The notes beneath the pieces are model-generated. The model was not told where the DNA came from, searched no databases, and was given only the letters and a program-made list of their open reading frames with translations. Shown piece by piece: positions 29,187 to 37,432 of a stretch of DNA of 42,827 nt. Every line of letters begins with the position of its first letter. The first letter of the stretch is position 1. The position numbers were made by a program, and so were the translations under genes. Source of the stretch: Pseudomonadota bacterium (GTDB lineage Bacteria; Bdellovibrionota_B; Oligoflexia; Oligoflexales; CAIMVM01); the NCBI GenBank assembly GCA_037142195.1, contig JBAXBA010000028.1:1-42827 (forward strand). Direction: 5' to 3'.

Positions 29187-29558
29187 ATGTCGATATACAG
29201 CGAAATAGGTCATGAAAAACTAACTGAAATTCTAACCCTTTTTTATAATCGTCTTTTTGAAGACCCCTTTGTGGGCTTTTTGTTTGAAGCCTTTGACAAA
29301 GAAGATCTTCTACGCAAACAAATCTTGTTTACAGGAAGATTACTCGGGGCAACGGAACTTAAGTACGAAGGGAAGGGGCTGAGAGAAGCTCATTTTCCGC
29401 ATCCGATTCGATCCGCACACTTTGGCCGAAGGCAAGTGATTCTCCGCAGTGTTTTAGAAGAGCTAAAGATACCCGAAAATCTGATTTCTGAATGGCTGGC
29501 CATAGAGCTGTCTCTGAAGCCTTTTGTGATCAAAGGACCAGGAGATTGCAACGATTGA
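29187..29558 (+). CDS. Group I truncated (2/2) hemoglobin
   Basis: SIYSEIG...FY...EDP.VGFLF...KQ..F...LG...YEGKGLREAH (proximal His)...HF. Confidence 0.85.
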   Translation: MSIYSEIGHEKLTEILTLFYNRLFEDPFVGFLFEAFDKEDLLRKQILFTGRLLGATELKYEGKGLREAHFPHPIRSAHFGRRQVILRSVLEELKIPENLISEWLAIELSLKPFVIKGPGDCND

Positions 29559-29628
29559 TTTCATTGCATGTATTAGGCAGTCTAGTTGGCAGTCGCTACT
29601 TGGCTCCTGAACCACATACAATCAACGC

Positions 29629-29678
29629 GGTTGCCGGCTTGTCCCGAAATGGGTGACCGGCTTGTCTCGAAATATGCA
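29629..29678 (-). mobile_element. Orphan IS21-family-like terminal repeat
   Basis: Reverse complement reads TGCATATTTCGAGACAAGCCGGTCACCCATTTCGGGACAAGCCGGCAACC: a TG terminus plus two 17-bp internal repeats with 23-bp spacing. Confidence 0.55.
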
Positions 29679-29820
29679 TAAGGTTTTGACTTACTGCTTT
29701 AACCTTAAAACCCAACAACCAACTCGCTCAAGTTTAGCTGTCTTCGCGAAGTCGCTGCGTCAGTAATTTTGCTCCAAAAGTCTACCAAAGTAGATGTAGG
29801 GCCGAGGCCAGCCCCCACCC

Positions 29821-31605
29821 TTAGTGTGGAGATTTGCTTTCTAATTTTGTAGACAACACGTCAGTGGTATTGAAAACAGGTTCATCAAAGCTAACCGTGT
29901 CTATGTCTAGCGGGTCTTCTAAATCTTCCTGGTCTTGCCTATCTTCTTGGTCTTGTAAGTCTTCTAGATCTTCTAAATCCGTCAATTCGTCTAGGTCTTC
30001 TAAATCAGCCATGTCTTCAGCAAAGTGGTTTTTAAGTGCTTCTAGTCGCAGAGGATTTAGGTCGTTCAGATCCTCTTCGTTAAAGAGATCATCATCGTTG
30101 GTTAAGGTTATGTTGGGAGCTTTTTTTCTAGAAGCCGACAGGCTTTTCTTGTCTTTTAGGTCCCCTGAAGGCACGTTAAATATATTTTTTGCCATGCCTA
30201 GCATTTCCATCATTTCATCTTCACTTCTCGCTGCTCTTCCGCCTTGCTTCGCTTTTTTATCACGCAGGATGACTCGAATAGGGATGTTCTCAAAGCCAAG
30301 TAGATCTCTGAATTGGTTCGTCACATAACGCTTATAGGATTCCTGGGCGGCTTCTGCGATATTACACATGAGGACCACTGTGGGAGGATTTGAGCGTACT
30401 TGCGTTGCATAGTAGAATCTGATTCTTTTTGAAAACTTACGTACTACGGCGGGGTTGTGGCTGTCGACAATTTTTAGCATAATTTCATTGACTCGGGCGG
30501 TCGGAATACGTTGATTCGCCATCTTATGAAGTTGATCGACTTGGGCTAGGATATTCTGAACACGCTGATTTTCCAAACAGGAAACGAAGATAATCGGTAG
30601 GAACGCCATATCTTTAAGGTAAAAGTTTTTTATGTTTTCAGCATACACCTTGGTAGTATTCGTGTCCTTTTCGGGGACTAAATCCCATTTGTTTACTACA
30701 ATGAGAAGGGGCTTATAGCGATCGACTACCAAATTAGCGAGTCTTGCATCCTGATCTGTAATTCCTTGGATGGCATCGATGACTAAGACAACGACGTCGG
30801 CCTCATCAATGGCTCTTAGAGACCTCGTAACTGAGGCGCTCTCTATCTTATCAAGTATCTTTGTTTTGCGGCGAATGCCGGCCGTATCTACGAGTACAAA
30901 GGATTGTTTGTTGTAAGTAATTCTCACATCTAGGCTGTCACGGGTGGTGCCAGCAATTTCTGAAACTAAGGAGCGTTCTTCGCCCACTAGGCGATTAAGA
31001 ATCGAAGACTTTCCGGCATTGGGGCGGCCGACTAGAGCTACTTTTATGGCGCCCGTAGTTTCAATTCTCTTATGCTTCTTGATGATTTCATTTAAGCTTT
31101 CTTGAACTTGCTCAATAAATTCAGTGACGCCACGATTGTGGGCTGAGGAAATAGGATATACTTCTTCATTCCCAACAAGCTCTAGGAAGTCCCAAAGAGC
31201 GGTTTGTTGTTCAATGCCATCGATTTTATTAAGGGCAAATATCACTTTCTTATTAATAGATCTTAAATACTTGAGAAGCTCTTTGTCATGGGGGTTAAAG
31301 CCTTCTTTGCCGTCTAGAATCATCAGAACGAGATCAGACTCCAAAATGGCAGCTTCTGTTTGTTTCCAAACAATATTTTCACTAAAGGGTTGATATTTTA
31401 CATCGTCAGTTTCAAAACCGCCGGTGTCAACAACTGTAAATCCCAACCCATTCCAGCGCTCGCAAATGCCATAAATGCGGTCTCGTGTTACTCCTGGCTG
31501 ATTGTCAGTAATGGCGCGATTTGTGCGGGTCATTAGATTGAACAATGTAGATTTTCCGACATTAGGCCGTCCTACGATCGCTACAATTCCTGAAATACTC
31601 GCCAT
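29821..31605 (-). CDS. der: Ribosome biogenesis GTPase Der (EngA) with long acidic C-terminal extension
   Basis: Two G domains (GRPNVGKS/DTGG/NKID and GRPNAGKS/DTAG/NKWD), a KH-like domain ending PIRVILR, then about 145 extra aa. Confidence 0.96.
   Translation of the reverse strand: MASISGIVAIVGRPNVGKSTLFNLMTRTNRAITDNQPGVTRDRIYGICERWNGLGFTVVDTGGFETDDVKYQPFSENIVWKQTEAAILESDLVLMILDGKEGFNPHDKELLKYLRSINKKVIFALNKIDGIEQQTALWDFLELVGNEEVYPISSAHNRGVTEFIEQVQESLNEIIKKHKRIETTGAIKVALVGRPNAGKSSILNRLVGEERSLVSEIAGTTRDSLDVRITYNKQSFVLVDTAGIRRKTKILDKIESASVTRSLRAIDEADVVVLVIDAIQGITDQDARLANLVVDRYKPLLIVVNKWDLVPEKDTNTTKVYAENIKNFYLKDMAFLPIIFVSCLENQRVQNILAQVDQLHKMANQRIPTARVNEIMLKIVDSHNPAVVRKFSKRIRFYYATQVRSNPPTVVLMCNIAEAAQESYKRYVTNQFRDLLGFENIPIRVILRDKKAKQGGRAARSEDEMMEMLGMAKNIFNVPSGDLKDKKSLSASRKKAPNITLTNDDDLFNEEDLNDLNPLRLEALKNHFAEDMADLEDLDELTDLEDLEDLQDQEDRQDQEDLEDPLDIDTVSFDEPVFNTTDVLSTKLESKSPH
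29905..30006 (-). repeat. Imperfect 9-bp (D-x-E/Q tripeptide) tandem repeat in the der tail
   Basis: Encodes DLEDLDELTDLEDLEDLQDQEDRQDQEDLEDPLD; repeated GATTTAGAA / GACCTAGAC / GACCAAGAA-like units. Confidence 0.75.
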
Positions 31606-31617
31606 AGGGTTTTCTCC

Positions 31618-32427
31618 TTAATTCTGTTCCAAGATTAATGCTTGACGCGCTGCATCCATGGAGGCCGACTTCTTGCTAAGACCAAGGCCTTTGGCTACGA
31701 GTTTGTTGTTGAGGTAGACGCCGACTTCAAAGTTTTTCCTATGATCTGGGCCGACCTCACTTAAAATGAGATAGGTAGGCGTAATCTGGAGTCTCTGTTG
31801 GACAAGTTCTTGATAGGCCGTCTTATAGTCAATATGTGCTCTATCTCCAAGAGTAACTATATCTTGCAAGTGTAGGGATACGATTTTCATCGCGGTCTCT
31901 ATGCCGGCATCCAGATAGATGGCTCCAAAAACAGCTTCCAGACAATCTGCTAGAAGCGACTCGCGAAGGGCGCCTTGGGCCTGTCGTTCCCCTCTACCTA
32001 GGAAAATATGAGATCCCAGATTTAGGGTCTTAGCGACCTTAGCTAAGGCAGCCTCGCTTACACTGGCTGCCTTCATGCGCGACATTTGACCTTCATCTAT
32101 TTGATCACTTAATTTCCAAAGCATCGTTGTCACTGTTAGGCCTAAAACCGAGTCTCCTAGAAACTCTAATCTTTCATTCCATCTTAGAAGTCCAGTAGGC
32201 ACCTTAATGTGGGATTTTTTGCAATGTGCTTCAAACTCGGAAACGGCAGAGCGGTGGCTTAAAGCCTCAATAAGAAGGCTTCGATTGCCAAATTTGTAAT
32301 GTAATTTATCTTCAAGATCAGCTAGCAACTTCTGTTTTTCAGAAAAATACCCTTCAAAAGCATTAAGCGCGGGAAAGAGTCGTACTAATGCAGCTGTGTC
32401 TTGAGGATTGATAGGGATTTGATCCAT
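31618..32427 (-). CDS. rnc: Ribonuclease III
   Basis: ALSHRS, NERLEFLGDSVL, LADCLEAVFGAIYLD and dsRBD DYKT...GPDH..F. Likely ATG at 32427. Confidence 0.96.
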   Translation of the reverse strand: MDQIPINPQDTAALVRLFPALNAFEGYFSEKQKLLADLEDKLHYKFGNRSLLIEALSHRSAVSEFEAHCKKSHIKVPTGLLRWNERLEFLGDSVLGLTVTTMLWKLSDQIDEGQMSRMKAASVSEAALAKVAKTLNLGSHIFLGRGERQAQGALRESLLADCLEAVFGAIYLDAGIETAMKIVSLHLQDIVTLGDRAHIDYKTAYQELVQQRLQITPTYLILSEVGPDHRKNFEVGVYLNNKLVAKGLGLSKKSASMDAARQALILEQN

Positions 32428-32619
32428 ACCGCAGCCTCGAGCGATGTCCAAAAAATAGGACGGCAGTTTCTAACGTAAAACCTGCGACATAGGAAGAGAA
32501 ACAATTAATATTGCATAATATTATGGAGTTGCAGCTCATTTTTGGGGGCTATAAGCCAGGTTAAGGCCGGTTATATGCTAAAATAGATGCTGGCCAGAGG
32601 GGTCGGGGGGAGATCTGAC

Positions 32620-33627
32620 ATGGGCATTTTGATTAGAGTCATGGGGTTTTTCCTCGTCTTAGGTTTAGGGTTTTCAGGCCTTCATTACTGGTGGACGAAG
32701 GAAGTCGTAGTTTCCTCTCCCGTCATCTACAATTTGCAAAAAGGGAGTTCATTGTCCAGGATCGCAAGAGACCTCGAGGCACGCGGTGTTATCAGTTCAA
32801 CTCTCTTGTTTAGGGCGATGATCACCATGGAACGAGGTTTTTCTGTCAAGGCTGGGCATTATAAGTTCGAAGGAAAGGTGTCGCCGCAAAATGCATATAG
32901 CATGTTGCATAACGGCGATGAGTTTTTTGAGGTAGTTCTATCGCTCACCATCCCAGAAGGATTTACGCTTTCTCAAATTTTAAAAAGGCTTGCTGCAAAT
33001 AAGCTCGGGGATCTCACTGAACTTACAAATTTAGCTCAACAGAAATCTTGGTTTGAGACCTATGGGATCCAAAGCTCTACTCTAGAGGGGTATCTCTATC
33101 CGGAAACCTATATCTATCACAATGAGCTACCTAGCGCCGAGCAAGTCATTCGCAATATGCTTGAAACCTTTAAAAAAAATCTTCCGCAAGGCTATGAAGA
33201 GAATTTAGGAAAGCTAGGTCTAAGCTTATCTGACGGTATAAAATTTGCCTCCCTCATCGAGCGCGAGACAAAACATGCCGATGAGCGCCCCAAAGTTTCT
33301 GAAGTGATATGGAATCGCCTTAAAAAGAAAGAACCATTAGGTATTGACGCAGGTTTAATTTATGGAATTAAAGATTATGACGGAGATATCCGGTCAAGGG
33401 ATCTCATCGATAGAAGCAATCCTTATAATTCACGGATCTATGCCGGCCTTCCCCCAACACCTATAGGTGCCGTAAGCCGCGCAAGTATGGAAGCTGTTCT
33501 CACGCCAACCCAAGAGGGGTACTACTACTATGTATTAGTTGCCGATGGGCTAGAACGGCATCATTTTTCTAAGTCCCTGAAAGAGCATAATATTTATGTA
33601 AAGAAGTTACTTGAACGACGTAATTAG
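32620..33627 (+). CDS. mltG: Endolytic transglycosylase MltG (YceG)
   Basis: N-terminal TM, TIPEG, LEGYLYPETY, ASLIERE, PYNS...GLPPTPI and HHFSKSLKEH. Likely start 32620. Confidence 0.94.
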   Translation: MGILIRVMGFFLVLGLGFSGLHYWWTKEVVVSSPVIYNLQKGSSLSRIARDLEARGVISSTLLFRAMITMERGFSVKAGHYKFEGKVSPQNAYSMLHNGDEFFEVVLSLTIPEGFTLSQILKRLAANKLGDLTELTNLAQQKSWFETYGIQSSTLEGYLYPETYIYHNELPSAEQVIRNMLETFKKNLPQGYEENLGKLGLSLSDGIKFASLIERETKHADERPKVSEVIWNRLKKKEPLGIDAGLIYGIKDYDGDIRSRDLIDRSNPYNSRIYAGLPPTPIGAVSRASMEAVLTPTQEGYYYYVLVADGLERHHFSKSLKEHNIYVKKLLERRN

Positions 33628-33664
33628 GAGTAGAATGAGAGTCACCTAGTAGGAAAGGGGAAGT

Positions 33665-34054
33665 ATGGCGAAAAATAGTAAAAAAAGTGCATCGACAGGC
33701 GAAGAAAGCAGAATCTCCGGTGAAAGGATACCTGTTAATATTCTGGTTGATTATAAGTCAAAAGGTACCTATCTGTTCGATTTTTGCCATGACTTAGGTG
33801 CGGGCGGGGTCTTTATCGCAACGGAGAAGCCAAGCGCAGTAGGGGAAGAACTGGAGCTGTCTTTTACAATACCTGATGCCAAAAAAACACTTTCCGTAAA
33901 AGGTAAGGTTACTTGGACTCAATCTAAAGTGGAAGCAAAACCTCATGTATCTCCCGGTATGGGTGTGCAGTTTAAAGACTTTTCCAGTGAGCAACGACAA
34001 ACATTAGAAGAGTTTGTGACGCGTTATGCAGCTATTCAAAAGAAGCCGGCATAA
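33665..34054 (+). CDS. PilZ-domain protein (TIGR02266-like)
   Basis: R...R (RISGERI), DLGAGGVFI, GKVTW and PGMGVQF. Confidence 0.85.
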   Translation: MAKNSKKSASTGEESRISGERIPVNILVDYKSKGTYLFDFCHDLGAGGVFIATEKPSAVGEELELSFTIPDAKKTLSVKGKVTWTQSKVEAKPHVSPGMGVQFKDFSSEQRQTLEEFVTRYAAIQKKPA

Positions 34055-34083
34055 TTTAGCATCAGTCGAGTTCAAGGCATGTT

Positions 34084-34110
34084 AAAAAAGAAGCTTTTAA
34101 GCTTCTTTTT
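34084..34110. terminator. Bidirectional terminator
   Basis: AAAAAAGAAGCTT-t-AAGCTTCTTTTT-type hairpin between the convergent PilZ and hmgA genes. Confidence 0.75.
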
Positions 34111-34125
34111 ATCATTGCAACTTGC

Positions 34126-35298
34126 CTATTCCATCCAGCTATTCAAATAGGAAGGATCTTGCAGTTCAAGGCCTGCTCTAGTTAGGTGAAGCGGCTGAAA
34201 TGTATCAACCATTACGGCAAGCTCATCCGTAGATTTGTGGCCGACGCTTGCCAGGTAGTTGCCTGGTTGAGGGCCGTGAGGTAGGCCCATGGGGTGAAAG
34301 GAAGCACTTCGTTCGCTTACGCCTTTCCGGGATGTGAAGTTTCCTCTGACATAGTAGATGACTTCGTCGCAATGCACATTGGAATGGGGATAGGGGCATG
34401 GAATGGCTCCTTCGCCATAGTCGACCATCCTCGGTACAAAAGAACAAACTACAAAATTCTTGGGTGAGGAAAAGGTCTGATGTAAATTAGGAGGCAAATG
34501 GATCTTTCCCGTTTTGGGGAGGAAATCAAGAATGGGGAAAACGATGGGATATACGGAACCATCCCAACCAATGATTTTAGCGGGTGAGCTTTGATAGGAA
34601 TGCAGGGTCACTGTGTTCGAAACCAAACTTGCGATATTTAAAAATTGGTTTTGCTCTTTTTCTGTCAGTAGTCTCTCAGGGGATCTGAAATCACGATGGG
34701 TAAAAGGAGCTTCAAGCTTCAACTGACCATGTGGATTCTTATACTCCGCGGGAATTTCAATGGCAGGGCTACCCTCTGTCAAAAAAGCTTCAAACTTTCC
34801 TTGATTCAGAAATTTATAGGCGGTTCCTCGTGGAATCAATACATAATCATTGGGGCCATATTCTAAGGCTCCCATCATCGTCAATAAGGTTCCTTTACCT
34901 TCATAAATAAACCATAGCTCATCAAACTGACCGTTTGAAAAGGCATACTCAGATTGTATCTGACCTCTTACCACACTGAGTCGAGTGGTTTCGTTAAGCC
35001 AAATAGCTGTTCTTGAATCCAATAAATCTTTTCCTTCTTTAGCTTCCCAGGTCTTTACATGTCTTCTGGCATTGGGGAGTTCATGAAAGGGCACCGCAAT
35101 GCCAAGCATTCTAGAGGTGTCAAAGGAAACAAATTCGGCATTCTTCATGTTGGTGGGAGCATCTTCATGATAAGAAATACTGAAGCCGCCTGCAAAACCA
35201 TCGCGGGTGAACACATATTCCGTAGCGACCTTATCATTATGCTTAAACACAGTATGGGGCTTCGCAGGTAGATGTCCTAAAGTTCGACGTTCTAGCAA
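34126..35298 (-). CDS. hmgA: Homogentisate 1,2-dioxygenase
   Basis: GWDGSVYP, GKIHLPP..HQTF, CSFVPR, PYPHSNVHCDEVIYY, HPMGLPHGPQPG and ELAVMVDTF. TTG start after GAGG. Confidence 0.93.
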   Translation of the reverse strand: MLERRTLGHLPAKPHTVFKHNDKVATEYVFTRDGFAGGFSISYHEDAPTNMKNAEFVSFDTSRMLGIAVPFHELPNARRHVKTWEAKEGKDLLDSRTAIWLNETTRLSVVRGQIQSEYAFSNGQFDELWFIYEGKGTLLTMMGALEYGPNDYVLIPRGTAYKFLNQGKFEAFLTEGSPAIEIPAEYKNPHGQLKLEAPFTHRDFRSPERLLTEKEQNQFLNIASLVSNTVTLHSYQSSPAKIIGWDGSVYPIVFPILDFLPKTGKIHLPPNLHQTFSSPKNFVVCSFVPRMVDYGEGAIPCPYPHSNVHCDEVIYYVRGNFTSRKGVSERSASFHPMGLPHGPQPGNYLASVGHKSTDELAVMVDTFQPLHLTRAGLELQDPSYLNSWME

Positions 35299-35766
35299 TT
35301 GGCACCTCTGTCAATAAAATGAGTTTTATCCCTATTTCAAGCTCTATCAAAAACGAATCTAGGCCTAAATAGAGTGCATGACTGTTGGGCATCCTACTCC
35401 TATATTATCGTTTTGTTAAATAAAAACCATCGGCTCCCCTCCTCAAGAATGTAGTGTTTTTGCGTCTAATTGCAAAATAAAATGGCATGCACGCCCTTAA
35501 AAAACGGCGAAGTCGGAGCCCTTAGGGGATATGTCTAGAGAGATTGGTTGGTGTTGAAAATCTCCAATGGAACTGAAATTTAAGATCTATTCGAGAATGA
35601 CAAAGTAAAGGTGGCATACTTCCTTGTATTTCGAACGCACGCCCTCAGAATTTTTAGACGAGGCTAGTAGGAGAGTTTTTACTTATGCGGGCTACAAATA
35701 ATCTGGATGAATTTTATTGTGTCATATGCTACAGTTGGATTGTATTCGCTACAGCCTCTTTAAGGA

Positions 35767-36183
35767 GTGCCTATGAAAGTGGTTTGGAAACGTCCCGATG
35801 GATTTCACGGAGCTAGCCCTTCTGACTATCATGTTATAGAACTTGATGGACATTCCAAAATTTGGCTACATCGCACCAACCACGAATGGTTTCCTTTTAG
35901 AGTTTCCGGAGATTGGGGTGAGGAGGAAACGACTCGGCGTTTGAATCGTCTGGTCAATCTAATAGGCACTCAGCCCAACAATTGGGTGAAATATATTGAA
36001 GATAGCTTTGGCAATTCCAAGGCGGATAATGTCGGAGTTTTTATTAGCGATATTTCTAACTGGATCGATCACCTTAAAGCCAACCTGAAAGGTGACACTT
36101 GGGAAATCGATATTATGACGAAAGCTTTAAGCTTAGTGGTAGAAAATCTGAAACTTGCATCTCGTGATTTGAAATCTGTATAG
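35767..36183 (+). CDS. Hypothetical protein (about 136-138 aa)
   Basis: AAGGAG RBS (ATG 35773 is the likely start), Trp-rich N-terminus; no family recognised. Confidence 0.75.
   Translation: MPMKVVWKRPDGFHGASPSDYHVIELDGHSKIWLHRTNHEWFPFRVSGDWGEEETTRRLNRLVNLIGTQPNNWVKYIEDSFGNSKADNVGVFISDISNWIDHLKANLKGDTWEIDIMTKALSLVVENLKLASRDLKSV
36131..36180 (+). repeat. Direct repeat copy 1 (3' end of the 35767-36183 gene)
   Basis: 42/50 identical to 37326-37375 by manual alignment. Confidence 0.8.
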
Positions 36184-36400
36184 CATTAAAATTAGGTCGG
36201 TTTATTCCTGGAGATTTTCATCTCCTTTTTTGCAAACTCGGCAGCTTGATTGGTCTGCCAGAGATGGAACAAGTGACGATAGCTGACGACCAAAGTCTAC
36301 CGACACGATTCAGTTTTTGGGCGAGTGTGATTTCCCGGAAACATTTAAATATTTTAAATTGTTTTGAATTCACTTAGCCTTGAAATAATTAAAGAAAGCC

Positions 36401-36625
36401 ATGGCGATCAAGAGACACATCATCTCTCCTAAGCATATTGTGGGATCCAAATGGACCACAATCACACCCATTCAAGGCTGGGTTCATTTTCATGTCATCA
36501 CTTGGATGCCAGATACCAAGAAGGTGGAGCTCAGAGCATCTTGTGATAAGCACATCCAGTTCTGGATCTTGAAATCCGAATTGGAGAATAGGGAACTGTG
36601 GGAACCTGGCTGGAAAATTTTCTAG
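36401..36625 (+). CDS. TIGR02450-like tryptophan-rich small protein
   Basis: PKHIVGSKWT...P..GW.HFHV...ELRA...ELENRELWEPGWK matches the family pattern SKWTA..P..HF.V...L.....W..GW. Confidence 0.75.
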   Translation: MAIKRHIISPKHIVGSKWTTITPIQGWVHFHVITWMPDTKKVELRASCDKHIQFWILKSELENRELWEPGWKIF

Positions 36626-36910
36626 ATGGATGTAGTTGTTATTTGTAAAACTCAAAGTTGATCTGAGTTTTCATTCAAAGTTTTTGTTTGAAAAGAACGG
36701 ATATTGCGTGGAATAGCGAAAACGTTCACTGTTATTCTACGACCCCAAAAATCGGCCGATTTAAACAAATTGTACAAATGAACGTTGTTGCGTACGCTTT
36801 AAAGATGACTAGGAATTGAAGAACAATAGACGGTGCTGGCCCTTAATTTGCGGAGCCCCGCGAATCTTATTATTCGCAATGGTGGATCGTTTGGTGGAAA
36901 CCGGCTAGCG

Positions 36911-36970
36911 CTGTCCGTTTTTCATTGGCGGAGCCTTCCAAAAATGTCCGTTTTTCATTGTCGCTCAACA
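36911..36970 (-). mobile_element. Orphan IS21-family-like terminal repeat
   Basis: Exact 16-bp direct repeat TGTCCGTTTTTCATTG at 36912 and 36945, ending ...TCAACA. The reverse complement begins TGTTGAGCGACAATGAAAAACGGACA. Confidence 0.55.
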
Positions 36971-37325
36971 CTCCGGACGCCGAGGCATTTAGGCAATTGG
37001 TTTTGGATTGCAGGCAGCTTCTATAGCTCAATAAGGGGCTAAAAGTGCCCCTCAGCACAGAAACGACAAAATGCTGCTGGACAAAAGGTGACATGCCCGT
37101 GTTTGCTAATGGTCTTATGGAATGACGGGACTGCTAGCAATGCCTTGCCTTGCTTGGTGATGGAAAGGCTAAAGTGTTTCTCATCAATGTGACCATGTGT
37201 AGGGGCAGCAAAAGCGACAATAGTATCTGATTTTGTTCTCAGTGATATTTCTAACGGATGAGATAAGCTAAAAGCCATTCTAAATGGCGAAACTTGCATG
37301 ATTCCTATCATAGCGAAATCTCGAT

Positions 37326-37375
37326 GCTTAGTCGTATAGAATCAGAAACATGCATCTCGCGATTTGAAATCCATA
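37326..37375 (+). pseudogene. Decayed duplicate of the 3' end of the 35767-36183 gene (direct repeat copy 2)
   Basis: Reads LVV*NQKHASRDLKSISLSK*, versus LVVENLKLASRDLKSV* in the intact gene. Confidence 0.7.
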
Positions 37376-37432
37376 TCACTTTCTAAGTAAATCAAATTTC
37401 CTTCAAGAACGTTACCTTATCTATCGAGGTAG

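Noticed and set aside
29834..30328. 164-aa Ser-rich plus-strand ORF
   Set aside because: Antisense shadow of the repetitive acidic der tail.
36833..37311. Three short ORFs (69, 74 and 90 aa) in the islet
   Set aside because: Mutually overlapping, two cross the IS-like end, and none has a recognisable motif or convincing RBS. The 90-aa ORF could be a gene fragment but cannot be supported.
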